Positions 1 through 14,177 are shown, numbered from the stretch's first letter. The stretch: 64,000 bases of DNA from Eledone cirrhosa (GCA_964016885.1 OZ024746.1:15996001-16060000); one strand, 5' to 3'. A program made the numbers and translations. Notes: a model not told the origin generated them from the letters alone.

Positions 1-802
1 CCAAAGCATTAAAACCAAAATTATATTGATTTTTAAGGCAAATTTATTGTTTCTTTATGATGTTTTAGTTGGCAACTTGTTGGAACTGGTTCATTGAACT
101 AAATTTAACCTTCAAATGTGAATATCAAATTGTTTTTGCTTCAACTGCTACTGGAGGTGACTGCTTCCACATCAGCACAGTTTCTTTCAAACTGTGCACT
201 ACCAGCAACACACTTGTTGATCTCTCTCTCTCTCTATAAACTTTTTTTTTATTGAATTATCAGCTAAAACCCAAAACATAAATAAATAAATAAATGAAGG
301 TATCTAACCAACAAAACTAGGATTGGATAGCCAGAAGTGACTTAATAGCTTCATTATTCTAAGTCACCAGTGCATTTTAATTCAGCTATTAAATTTCTGG
401 GGGATTTTTTTTTTTACTTTTTTTTGTTTTGTTTTTTAAACCAATCTCTCTTATCATTTACTATATCTCTGGACATGGCTCTGTGTGTGTGTGTGTGTTA
501 TATGCTGTTGTGTGTGTTATGCTGTGGTATGTGTGTATGTGTTATGCTGTGGCATGGGTGTGTATGTGTCATGCATGTGTGTGTGTGTGTTATATTCTGT
601 AACATGTCTCTGTGTGTGTTATATGTTACGGCATGTATGTGTGTGTTATATTCTGTGACATGTCTCTGTGTATGTGTTATATGTTGTGGCATGTATGCTG
701 TGGTGTGTGTATGTGTTATATTCAGTGGCATGTGTATGTGTTCTATAGTCTGTGCCCTCACTTAACACAAATCTACAATAATCCATATCAAAATGCCACT
801 GG

Positions 803-1472
803 GTACTATCTGTTGGCCAGATGTACTATCTGTTGGCCAGATGTGCTATCTGTTGGCCAGATGTACTATCTGATGGACAGATGTACTATCTGCTGGACAG
901 ATGTACTATCTGCTGGACAGATGTACTATCTGCTGGACAGATGTACTATCTGCTGGACAGATGTACTATCTGTTGGACAGATGTACTATCTGTTGGACAG
1001 ATGTACTATCTGTTGGACAGATGTACTATCTGCTGGACAGATGTACTATCTGCTGGACAGATGTACTATCTGTTGGTCAGATGTACTATCTGTTGGTCAG
1101 ATGTACTATCTGTTGGTCAGATGTACTATCTGCTGGACAGATGTACTATCTGCTGGACAGATGTACTATCTGCTGGACAGATGTACTATCTGCTGGACAG
1201 ATGTACTATCTGTTGGACAGATGTACTATCTGTTGGACAGATGTACTATCTGCTGGCCAGATGTACTATCTGCTGGCCAGATGTACTATCTGCTGGCCAG
1301 ATGTACTATCTGCTGGCCAGATGTACTATCTGCTGGCCAGATGTACTATCTGCTGGCCAGATGTACTATCTGCTGGCCAGATGTACTATCTGCTGGCCAG
1401 ATGTACTATCTGCTGGCCAGATGTACTATCTGCTGGTCAGATGTGCTATCTGTTGGACAGATGTACTACCTG
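803..1472. repeat. 20-bp minisatellite ATGTACTATCTG(C/T)TGG(A/C/T)CAG, ~33 copies
   Basis: Exact 20-nt periodicity is visible. It explains the three overlapping YYLLDRCTICWTDVLS ORFs. Confidence 0.98.
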
Positions 1473-1499
1473 TGAAGAGACAATAGTATTAGGGATACT

Positions 1500-1876
1500 A
1501 TTTGTTGAACAGATGTACTATACATAGTCACATCCATATGTTTACTAAACATATATTTAGTCTTACTATGAAGTTAGGCCTTATTGTTAAATCATAGGGT
1601 AGCATGAAATAAGGAACAAATTGACAAGTTCTGTTTTTCTTCAAAGATCCATTCTTCAAGATCCATTAGGGATCACTTATAGAAAGAAAGTAGGATAGAT
1701 CTACTTACTATAAAGTTGTTATCTACATATTTAGTTTACATTATGGTTCAAGGTTGACATGGTGGCATTCATAAATATCAAACCAGTATAGTGTGAGTTA
1801 TTAATATATATATATATATAAACATACATAGAAATGAAAGAATAGATTTAAGTTGTTAACCTTGGTTTTTCTTCAT

Positions 1877-1962
<86 letters not shown>

Positions 1963-2053
1963 CTAACAATAATAAGGATGTTAAGTGTAAAATAATTTTG
2001 TTTCAGACAGGCGCCATATTACCTGTAAAGAAGCTCTAAGGAATAAATCCGAG

Positions 2054-2121
<68 letters not shown>

Positions 2122-2329
2122 ATCATTTTAATCATTTTCTAACCCAGAAAAAAGAGAGAGAGAAACAAAAAACGAAAAAAAAATATTTTTCTTCCTAATA
2201 ATCGTCTCTTTCTCCCTGTTTTCATATATATATATATAATCCATTCTTTAATTTATATGTATGCAAGACTAAATATATGTTTAGTAAACATATGTTGTAC
2301 TATGTATAGCACATCAGTCCAATAGGTAC
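1500..2329. repeat. Diverged ~65-bp inverted repeat pair (about 1500-1564 and 2265-2329) flanking ~700 bp of AT-rich/(TA)n DNA
   Basis: CATATGTTTACTAAACATATATTTAGTCTT (ending 1564) is the reverse complement of AAGACTAAATATATGTTTAGTAAACATATG (starting 2265). Similarity extends into the 20-bp satellite monomer. Confidence 0.85.
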
Positions 2330-3122
2330 TAGTGAGAAGGAGAGTAGGAGTGGTCCCTTCAGGAAAGTTACCCTGCTCATTATGTAGAAAGGCATAAACT
2401 CTATACGATGTACACAATGTAAATCTTAGGTACACGAGATGTAGTTGGATAACGGGTAGACTAAAAGGAAGGGAAGACTGTTTGTAGAAGATGCTCAGGG
2501 GTAACCGAGAGGAAGATAACCAGTGATATAAGCCTATTCCAGTCACAGGAAGGACCCATAGAAGTGGTTGATAGCTTCTGCTATCTAGGCAACATAATTA
2601 GCAATGGAGGAGAGTTCTGAGAGCATAATAGCTAGAATAAGGCTAGGATGGAACAAGTTCAGAGAACTACTACCACAGTTGAACACACAAGGATGACTGT
2701 ATGATGCCCGTGTGTGAAGTGCAGTGCTGCATGGTAGTGAAGCATGGGCTGTGACTGTAGAGGACATGTGTAGACTGAAGAGAAATAAAGTGACCATGTT
2801 CTGTTGGATGTGTAATGTAAGTGTGAGAGAAAATCTTGGATGAGTTGAAGGAGAAGCTGGGTTTAAGAGGAATCTGAGGTGGTGTGTAGGAGAGAAGACT
2901 GCATTGGTATGATCATTGGGTGAAGAAGTGCCAGGAAATGATAGTGGAAGGAAGTTGCTGTAGAAGTAGATCAAGAAAGATCTGGGGCAGAGGTTGTGAG
3001 AGCTGACCTCAAATCACTGACAGAGCCGATGACAAAGGACCACAAAGTGTGGAGAGATGCCGTGCTGAGAATGACCCACCCAACCCATGCGAGCGTGGTG
3101 AAGTGGACATAAAAACGATGAT
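2330..3122 (+). mobile_element. Decayed 3' fragment of RTE-clade LINE (PHD-like finger, RT C-terminal part, (GAT)n tail)
   Basis: Frameshifted PCSLCRK..CTQCK, SSESIIARIRLGWNKFRELLP, YDARV.SAVLHGSEAWAVT and ERRLHWY motifs match the intact ORF at 42.7-43.4 kb. Tail is CCAACCCATGCGAGCGTGG...AACGATGAT. Confidence 0.9.
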
Positions 3123-3305
3123 ATATATACCATATATACTTGAATATAAGTCAACCGCTCCTGTTAAATGCCTGAGAAATGGGCAAAAATCCAAACCTCA
3201 TTTATAAGCCAAGGCAGGTAATCAACACATTGTTTAGATGACATGGTTTTGAAATTCTCATGAGTATAAAATATATTTATGAAGTTTTAATATTTTGATG
3301 TTTAA

Positions 3306-3526
3306 CCCTTTAGCATTTATATTACTCTATATTTACTATTGCATTTTTACAATAAAGGCTTTATCTTACATAATTATCTTACATAATATTGAATATATGA
3401 GATTTTGATGCTATTTATTTTGACAATAATACCTTAATATAGGTATGAGCGGCCAGTTACAGCCGCTTTGAACAGAAAGAGGTGAAAGAATTCTGGCCGG
3501 ATACAGCCGGTTTAAATGCTAAAGGG
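3306..3526. mobile_element. piggyBac-like MITE (family A)
   Basis: TIRs CCCTTTAGCATTTA / TAAATGCTAAAGGG are flanked by TTAA on both sides (3302-3305, 3527-3530). A second copy lies at 52118-52334. Confidence 0.9.
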
Positions 3527-3666
3527 TTAAAATGTTTTAAGTGTCATTTAGAATATAGTTTTTGCTTCACAACTCCATTACGTGATGATGTTTTAACAAT
3601 TTCTAACAGTTTTGAAAGTCATATTCATTTAAAACTTATCAAAACAATAGGAGAAACGATTATAAG

Positions 3667-3805
3667 CATTATAATCAGTCTTATATCAGCTGGACATAGT
3701 TGCATTATAACTAGCCTCAAATCATCTAGACATATTCACATTACAACTAGCCTCAAATCAGCTGGACATATCCGCATTATAACCAGTCTTAAACTATCTG
3801 GACAG
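3667..3805. repeat. ~36-bp degenerate tandem repeat, ~4 copies
   Basis: Recurring CATTA(T/C)AACTAGCCTCAAATCA(T/G)CT(A/G)GACAT. Confidence 0.8.
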
Positions 3806-4189
3806 CCAGAGCTTGGTTTATGTAGTCTTTCACAATTATTTAACTGGCATTTAACCTGGGACACCTAAACTTCTGAAATTTGAAGACTCTCTGAAATGTT
3901 TTGATGGAAGTCTGGTTGTTATCTTCTAAATAAGTTCCAAGCCATGTGTGTGTTTATATATACTTACATATGTGTGTGTGTGTATATAATATCCTATCTA
4001 TCTATCTATATATATATATATATCTATATATATATATATATACATATACAATCATTGTAGTGTTTTATTTTCATTTTCTTGGAAATCTTTTTTTGAGACT
4101 TGCTATCATCAGTTACCGAAATTTATTTGGCTTTGTCTCCATCTTCCATCTTTAGAAGTCTGTCTCTGCCTTTCATAGACTCCTTCCTT

Positions 4190-4832
4190 CTCCCCTCACA
4201 TACTCTCTCTCTCTCCCCCACGCATGCTCTCTCTCTCCTTCACACGCACACTCTCTCTCTCCCTCACACGCACACTCTCTCTCTCCCTCACACGCACGCT
4301 CTCTCCCTCACACGCACGCTCTCTCCCTCACACACTCTCTCTCCCTCACACACTCACTCTCTCCCTCACACACTCTCTCTCTCCCTCACACACTCTCTCT
4401 CTCCCTCACACACTCTCCCTCTCCCTCATACACACTCTCTTCCTCACACACTCTCTATCCCTCACACACTATCTATCCCTCACACACTATCTCTCTCTCT
4501 CACATCCTCTCTCTCCCTCCCTCACACACTCTCTCTCTCCCTCACACACTCTCTCTCTCTCTCCCTCACACACTCTCTCTCTCTCTCCCTCACACACACT
4601 CTCTCTCTCTCTCCCTCACACACTCTCTCTCTCTCCCTCACACACTCTCTCTCTCTCTCCCTCACACACTCTCTCTCTCTCCCTCACACACTCTCTCTCT
4701 CTCTCCCTCACACACTCTCTCTCTCTCTCCCTCACACACTCTCTCTCTCTCTCCCTCACACACTCTCTCTCTCTCCCTCACACACTCTCTCTCTCCCTCA
4801 CACAGTCTCTCCTTCTCTTACACACAGTCTCT
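4190..4832. repeat. Compound CT/CA repeat (CTCCCTCACACACT(CT)n)
   Basis: Direct inspection. It explains the SLSLTH ORFs. Confidence 0.97.
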
Positions 4833-5399
4833 ATGTCTGACATTTGGCCATATCTCATCAAAGACATCCCCCTCTTATGAAATCTTTACAATCAAACCAA
4901 CAGGGTTGTTACTTTTTGTTTTACTCAGATAATAATAATAGTAATGATAAGGATGGTTAGGTTGATGTTTTTTTTTTTATTAAATATTATCAGTAGTTTG
5001 TATTAATAGTTTTTTATCCCCTTTTAGTTAAGGTTGAAGACAGACACACCACAATTTATTTAATCCCTATTTTAATTTTATTTTATATATGTTAGTTCTT
5101 TATTGTTTGTTTACCTTCTAGTTTATTCCAAGCTAGCCTTATATATATATATAAAAACAATAGAACAACTATATATTCAACTATGTTTATCTATTTCACA
5201 ACACAACACAACACAACACAACACAACAACTATATATTTCTACAGCTATATAAATTAATAGAAATAATGAATAAAAACAGTTCCTTATATTAAAAAATTC
5301 ATCATTTTACGATCGTTTCTAGGATATATATGTGTGTGTTGGTATGTATATCATATAGATCTATGTAAAATTTTTACAAACTATCAGAGGGAATATACA

Positions 5400-8300
5400 T
5401 ACCTATACAGCTATATATATATCTATTTCACAACAACACTCAACTATATATTTCTACAGCTATATATATCTATTTCACAACACAACCACTATATATTTCT
5501 ACAGCTATATATATCTATTTCACAACAACACAACAACTATATATTTCTACAGCTATATATATATCTATTTCACAACAACACAACAACTATATATTTCTAC
5601 AGCTATATATATCTATTTCACAACACAACTCAACAACTATATATTTCTACAGCTATATATATCTATTTCACAACAACACAACTATATATTTCTACAGCTA
5701 TATATATCTATTTCACAACAACACAACAACTATATATTTCTACAGCTATATATATATATCTATTTCACAACAACACAACAACTATATATTTCTACAGCTA
5801 TATATATATATCTATTTCACAACACTCAACTATATATTTCTACAGCTATATATATCTATTTCACAACACTCAACTATATATTTCTACAGCTATATATATC
5901 TATTTCACAACAACACAACAACTATATATTTCTACAGCTATTTATATATCTATTTCACAACACAACCCAACAACTATATATTTCTACATCTATATATATC
6001 TATTTCACAACAACACAACAACTATATATTTCTACAGTTATATATATCTATTTCACAACACAACAACTATATATTTCTACATCTATATATATCTATTTCA
6101 CAACAACTATATATTTCTACAGCTATATATATATCTATTTCACAACAACACTCAACTATATATTTCTACAGCTATATATATATATATTTCATAACACAAC
6201 AACTATATATTTCTATAGCTATATATATCTATTTCACAACAACACAACTATATATTTCTACAGCTATATATATATCTATTTCACAACAACACAACTATAT
6301 ATTTCTACAGTTATATATATATCTATTTCACAACAACACAACAACTATATATTTCTACAGCTATATATATATATCTATTTCACAACAACACAACTATATA
6401 TTTCTACAGCTATATATATATCTATTTCACAACAACACTCAACTGTATATTTCTACAGCTATATATATATCTATTTCACAACAACCCAACACCTATATAT
6501 TTCTACAGCTATATATATCTATTTCACAACACAACCCAACAACTATATATTTCTACAGCTATATATATATCTATTTCCCAACACAACTATATATTTCTAC
6601 AGCTATATATATCTATTTCACAACAACACAACAACTATATATTTCTGCAGCTATATATATATATCTATTTCACAACACAACCCAACAACTATATATTTCT
6701 ACATCTATATATATCTATTTCACAACACAACACAACAACTATATATTTCTACATCTATATATATCTATTTCACAACAACCCAACTATATATTTCTACAGC
6801 TATATATATATCTATTTCACAACAACACAACAACTATATATTTCTACAGCTATATATATCTATTTCACAACACAACACAACAACTATATATTTCTACAGC
6901 TATATATATATATCTATTTCACAACAACACAACTATATATTTCTACAGCTATATATATATCTATTTCACAATAACACTCAACTATATATTTCTACAGCTA
7001 TATATATATATCTATTTCACAACAACACAACAACTATATATTTCTACAGCTATATATATATCTATTTCACAACAACACAACTATATATTTCTACAGCTAT
7101 ATATATCTATTTCACAACAACACAACAACTATATATTTCTACAGCTATATATATATCTATTTCACAACAACACAACAACTATATATTTCTACAGCTATAT
7201 ATATCTATTTCACAACAACACAACAACTATATATTTCTACATCTATATATATATCTATTTCACAACAACACAACAACTATATATTTCTACAGCTATATAT
7301 ATCTATTTCACAACAACACAACAACTATATATTTCTACATCTATATATATATCTATTTCACAACAACACAACAACTATATATTTCTACAGCTATATATAT
7401 ATCTATTTCACAACAACACAACTATATATTTCTACAGCTATATATATCTATTTCACAACAACACAACAACTATATATTTCTACAGCTATATATATCTATT
7501 TCACAACACAACAACAACTATATATTTCTGCAGTTATATATATCTATTTCACAACAACACAACTATATATTTCTACATCTATATATATATCTATTTCACA
7601 ACAACACTCAACTATATATTTCTACAGCTATATATATCTATTTCACAACAATACAACAACTATATATTTCTACAGCTATATATATATATATATCTATTTC
7701 ACAACAACACAGCAACTATATATTTTTACAGCTATATATATATATCTATTTCACAACAACACAACAACTATATATTTCTACAGCTATATATATCTATTTC
7801 ACAACAACACAACTATATATTTCTACAGCTATATATATCTATTTCACAACAACACAACAACTATATATTTCTACAGCTATATATATCTATTTCACAACAC
7901 AACAACAACTATATATTTCTACAGCTATATATATCTATTTCACAACACAACACAACAACTATATATTTCTACAGTTATATATATCTATTTCACAACACAA
8001 CAACTATATATTTCTACAGCTATATATATCTATTTCACAACAACACAACAACTATATATTTCTACAGCTATATATATCTATTTCACAACAACACAACAAC
8101 TATATATTTCTACAGCTATATATATATCTATTTCACAACAACACAACTATATATTTCTACAGCTATATATATATCTATTTCACAAAAACACAACTATATA
8201 TTTCTACAGCTATATATATCTATTTCACAACAACACAACAACTATATATTTCTACAGCTATATATATCTATTTCACAACAACACTCAACTATATATTTCT

Positions 8301-11290
8301 ACAGCTATATATATCTATTTCACAACAACACAACACAACAACTATATATTTCTACAGCTATATAATATCTATTTCACAACACAACACAACAACTATATAT
8401 TTCTATAGCTATATAATATCTATTTCACAACACAACACAACAACTATATATTTCTACATCTATATATATCTATTTCACAACAACCCAACTATATATTTCT
8501 ACAGCTATATATATATCTATTTCACAACAACACAACAACTATATATTTCTACAGCTATATATATCTATTTCACAACACAACACAACAACTATATATTTCT
8601 ACAGCTATATATATATATCTATTTCACAACAACACAACTATATATTTCTACAGCTATATATATATCTATTTCACAATAACACTCAACTATATATTTCTAC
8701 AGCTATATATATATATCTATTTCACAACAACACAACAACTATATATTTCTACAGCTATATATATATCTATTTCACAACAACACAACTATATATTTCTACA
8801 GCTATATATATCTATTTCACAACAACACAACAACTATATATTTCTACAGCTATATATATATCTATTTCACAACAACACAACAACTATATATTTCTACAGC
8901 TATATATATCTATTTCACAACAACACAACAACTATATATTTCTACATCTATATATATATCTATTTCACAACAACACAACAACTATATATTTCTACAGCTA
9001 TATATATATCTATTTCACAACAACACAACTATATATTTCTACAGCTATATATATCTATTTCACAACAACACAACAACTATATATTTCTACAGCTATATAT
9101 ATCTATTTCACAACACAACAACAACTATATATTTCTGCAGTTATATATATCTATTTCACAACAACACAACTATATATTTCTACATCTATATATATATCTA
9201 TTTCACAACAACACTCAACTATATATTTCTACAGCTATATATATCTATTTCACAACAATACAACAACTATATATTTCTACAGCTATATATATATATATAT
9301 CTATTTCACAACAACACAGCAACTATATATTTTTACAGCTATATATATATATCTATTTCACAACAACACAACAACTATATATTTCTACAGCTATATATAT
9401 CTATTTCACAACAACACAACTATATATTTCTACAGCTATATATATCTATTTCACAACAACACAACAACTATATATTTCTACAGCTATATATATCTATTTC
9501 ACAACACAACAACAACTATATATTTCTACAGCTATATATATCTATTTCACAACACAACACAACAACTATATATTTCTACAGTTATATATATCTATTTCAC
9601 AACACAACAACTATATATTTCTACAGCTATATATATCTATTTCACAACAACACAACAACTATATATTTCTACAGCTATATATATCTATTTCACAACAACA
9701 CAACAACTATATATTTCTACAGCTATATATATATCTATTTCACAACAACACAACTATATATTTCTACAGCTATATATATATCTATTTCACAAAAACACAA
9801 CTATATATTTCTACAGCTATATATATCTATTTCACAACAACACAACAACTATATATTTCTACAGCTATATATATATCTATTTCACAACACAACAACTATA
9901 TATTTCTACAGTTATATATATATCTATTTCACAACAACACAACAACTATATATTTCTACAGCTATATATATCTATTTCACAACAACACTCAACTATATAT
10001 TTCTACAGCTATATATATCTATTTCACAACAACACAACACAACAACTATATATTTCTACAGCTATATAATATCTATTTCACAACACAACACAACAACTAT
10101 ATATTTCTACAGCTATATAATATCTATTTCACAACACAACACAACAACTATATATTTCTACAGCTATATATATCTATTTCACAACACAACACAACAACTA
10201 TATATTTCTACAGCTATATATATCTATTTCACAACAACACAACAACTATATATTTCTACAGCTATATATATATCTATTTCACAACAACACAACAACTATA
10301 TATTTCTACAGCTATATATATCTATTTCACAACAACACAACAACTATATATTTCTACATCTATATATATATCTATTTCACAACAACACAACTATATATTT
10401 CTACAGCTATATATATATCTATTTCACAACAACACAACTATATATTTCTACAGCTATATATATCTATTTCACAACAACACAACAACTATATATTTCTACA
10501 GCTATATATATCTATTTCACAACACAACAACAACTATATATTTCTGCAGTTATATATATCTATTTCACAACAACACAACTATATATTTCTACATCTATAT
10601 ATATATCTATTTCACAACAACACTCAACTATATATTTCTACAGCTATATATATCTATTTCACAACAACACAACAACTATATATTTCTACAGCTATATATA
10701 TCTATTTCACAACAACACAACTATATATTTCTACAGCTATATATATCTATTTCACAACAACACAACAACTATATATTTCTACATCTATATATATCTATTT
10801 CACAACAACACAACAACTATATATTTCTACAGCTATATATATCTATTTCACAACACAACACAACAACTATATATTTCTACAGCTATATATATCTATTTCA
10901 CAACAACACTCAACTATATATTTCTACAGCTATATATATATATCTATTTCACAAGAACACAACTATATATTTCTACATCTATATATATATCTATTTCACA
11001 ACAACACTCAACTATATATTTCTACAGCTATATATATCTATTTCACAACACAACACAACAACAACTATATATTTCTACAGCTATATATATCTATTTCACA
11101 ACAACACAACAACTATATATTTCTACAACTATATATTTCTACAGCTATATATATCTATTTCACAACAACACAACACAACAACTATATATTTCTACAGCTA
11201 TATATATCTATTTCACAACAACACAACACAACAACTATATATTTCTACATCTATACATATCTATTTCACAACAACCCAACTGTATATTTC
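5400..11290. repeat. ~45-52-bp AT-rich satellite (CTATATATTTCTACAGC(TA)nTCTATTTCACAACAACACAACAA), ~5.9 kb
   Basis: Over 100 tandem copies with variable (TA)n and (CAA)n tracts. A seed-like degenerate copy lies at ~5165-5250. Confidence 0.98.
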
Positions 11291-11424
11291 TTCAACCATA
11301 TGTATTTATATATTTAACAGTGCAACAATTCTATATTTCTTCCAATATACCCCAGCCATAGGATGGGTGTGGTGTATGTTGTAAAATGTTTCCTTCATTA
11401 CTGATTAGTTTTTGTGTTTTTCAG

Positions 11425-11510
11425 AGAGATGAGCATGAATGATCAAGTGAATAGAGTACCACACATAGACGAGTGGATAGAGTACCACACATATAGACGA
11501 GTGAATATAG
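11425..11510 (+). other. Candidate spliced exon (86 nt), coding status unknown
   Basis: Acceptor TTTTTGTGTTTTTCAG before 11425 and donor AG|GTTAGT after 11510. One frame is open (EMSMNDQVNRVPHIDEWIEYHTYRRVNI), with no recognisable homology. Confidence 0.35.
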
Positions 11511-12138
11511 GTTAGTGCTATAAATGTAACTATCTTCGTCCTATCTCAACATATCACACAGACATGTAACATTTCATACTGCATGTTGATTGACATAAAT
11601 AATACAGCATTCTAATTGAACATCAACACACAAATATATGAAACCGTTTCTGTATATCACTGAATGAAACAAGAGATATCTCATGGCCGGCTATTTCTAT
11701 ATCTCTATTTCACATATATATGATATCTTTTCTGTATATCACTGAATGAGACAAGAGATATCTCATGGCCAGCTATTTCTATAATATCTCTGATTCGCAT
11801 GTATATGATATCTTTTCTGTATATCTTTGAATGAAACGAGATATCTCATGGCCGGCTATTTCTATATCTCTGTTTCACATATATATGTTATCATTTCTGT
11901 ATATCAATGAATGAGACGAGATATCTCATGGCCAGTTATTTCTATATCTCTGTTTCACATATATATGTTATCATTTCTGTATATCAATGAATGAGATGAG
12001 ATATCTCATGGCCAGCTATTTCTATAATATCTCTGTTTCACATATATATGATATCTTTTCTGAATATCACTGAATCAGACAAAATATCTCATGGCCAGCT
12101 ATTTCTATAATATCTCTGTTTCACACATATATATATAT

Positions 12139-12454
12139 ATATTAATTCCAAATATTAACAAAATAGATATTCTTGTGATCAATTATATTTTATTATACAT
12201 ATTTCAGAGGTACTGAATTAAGTTCAACAGAACATCCTCATCAGATAAAATAAAATGATACATGACATACCCTGACATGGTAGATGGTTAAGATTCAATT
12301 CTTAACCATCTACCATGTCACGGTATGTCATGTATCATTTTATTTTATCTGATGAGGATGTTCTGTTGAACTTAATTCAGTACCTCTGAAATATGTATAA
12401 TAAAATATAATTGATCACAAGAATATCTATTTTGTTAATATTTGGAATTAATAT
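12139..12454. repeat. Near-perfect palindrome: 155-bp arms, 6-nt loop
   Basis: 12139-12293 is the reverse complement of 12300-12454, with one mismatch (12272/12321). The loop is TTCAAT. Confidence 0.98.
12340..12405 (+). ncRNA. Degenerate type I hammerhead-ribozyme-like motif (Penelope pLTR type), mirrored on the minus strand in the left arm
   Basis: CTGATGA (12349-12355), then stem GGATGTTCTG/CAGTACCTCT, GAAA (12388-12391), TATGTA and AATAAA (12399-12404). Helices I and III are imperfect. Confidence 0.45.
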
Positions 12455-12551
12455 TAATAACTCTGGAAAATATTTTTTTTTCACTGAAGAGTGCTTCCAA
12501 TCTATTGTAAAACTCATTCTTTGATGTACTCATTGAATCTTGTTTAACTCT

Positions 12552-12597
<46 letters not shown>

Positions 12598-13369
12598 TTC
12601 TGTATATCACTGAATGAGACAAGAAATATCTCATGGCCACCTATTTTTATAATATCTCTGTTTCACATATATATGTTTTCTTTTCGGTATATCACTGAAT
12701 GAGACAAAAGATATCTCATGGCCAGCTATTTCTATATCTCTGATTCACATATATATGATATCTTTTCTGTATATCACTGAATGAGACAAAAGATATCTCA
12801 TGGCCAGCTATTTCTATATCTCTGATTCACATATATATGATATCTTTTCTGTATATCACTGAATGAGACAAAAGATATCTCATGGCCAGCTATTTCTATA
12901 TCTCTGTTTCACATATATATGATATCTTTTCTGTATATCACTGAATGAGACAAGAAATATCTCATGGCCGGCTATTTCTATATCTCTGATTCACATATAT
13001 ATGATATCTTTTCTGTATATCACTGAATGAGACAAAAGATATCTCATGGCCAGCTATTTCTATATCTCTGTTTCACATATATACGATATCTTTTCGGTAT
13101 ATCACTGAATGAGACAAGAAATATCTCATGGCCAGCTATTTCTATATCTCTGTTTCACATATATACGATATCTTTTCTGTATATCACTGAATGAGACAAA
13201 AGATATCTCATGGCCAGCTATTTCTATATCTCTGTTTCACATATATATGATATCTTTTCTGTATATCACTGAATGAGACTAGAAATATCTCATGGCCAGC
13301 TATTTCTATGATATATTTCTGTTTGATTCTTTCTCAATTCTATTTAGTTAGCATGTTGTTTGGTAGCAA

Positions 13370-13785
13370 AATTGTTTTACACACCAACATACACATTGTT
13401 TTACACACTAACATTCACATTGTTTTACACACTAACATTCACATTGTTTTACACACTAACATTCACATTGTTTTACACGCTAACATACACATTGTTTTAC
13501 ACACTAACATTCACATTGTTTTACACACCAACATTCACATTGTTTTACACACCAACATACACATTTTTTTACACACTAACATTCACATTGTTTTACACAC
13601 TAACATACACATTGTTTTACACACTAACATTCACATTGTTTTACACACTAACATTCACATTGTTTTACACACTAACATTCACATTGTTTTACACACTAAC
13701 ATTCACATTGTTTTACACACCAACATACACATTGTTTTATAGACTAACACACATTGTTTTACACAGACATACACATTGTTTTACA
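13370..13785. repeat. 24-bp minisatellite ATTGTTTTACACACTAACATTCAC
   Basis: Tandem periodicity of 24. It explains the HIVLHTNI ORF. Confidence 0.97.
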
Positions 13786-13858
13786 GAATTAACTATATCG
13801 AACTCGTCCTCGGGACTGAGTCCTCTACTTACTACGGATATAACCTCCTGGTTTTTAC

Positions 13859-13926
<68 letters not shown>

Positions 13927-14132
13927 AAAGAGTGAAGAATAACATGGTCAACAGTACAAAAAAGGGTTTTATTTACAGTCTTAACAATTGTTTCACTGAT
14001 TAAGTTGTCTAAAAATTGCTGAACACCTGAAGCTGTGCCACTGAATTTTAAATACGTTGTTAGCTTAACTATCCACAATACAAAGTATTCACAACCTCTA
14101 ACTGGATTACCTATAACGATATTTTGTTATCC

Positions 14133-14177
<45 letters not shown>

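Larger units (their letters stand above)
11647..13308. repeat. ~82-bp tandem repeat, interrupted at ~12130-12595
   Basis: Unit TTTCTGTATATCACTGAATGAGACAAAAGATATCTCATGGCCAGCTATTTCTATATCTCTGTTTCACATATATATGATATCT, period 82 (e.g. 12763 to 12845). Confidence 0.97.

Noticed and set aside
612-1527. Cys/Trp-rich repetitive ORFs in all three plus frames
   Set aside because: A stop-free 20-bp tandem unit read through three frames. There is no unique coding context.
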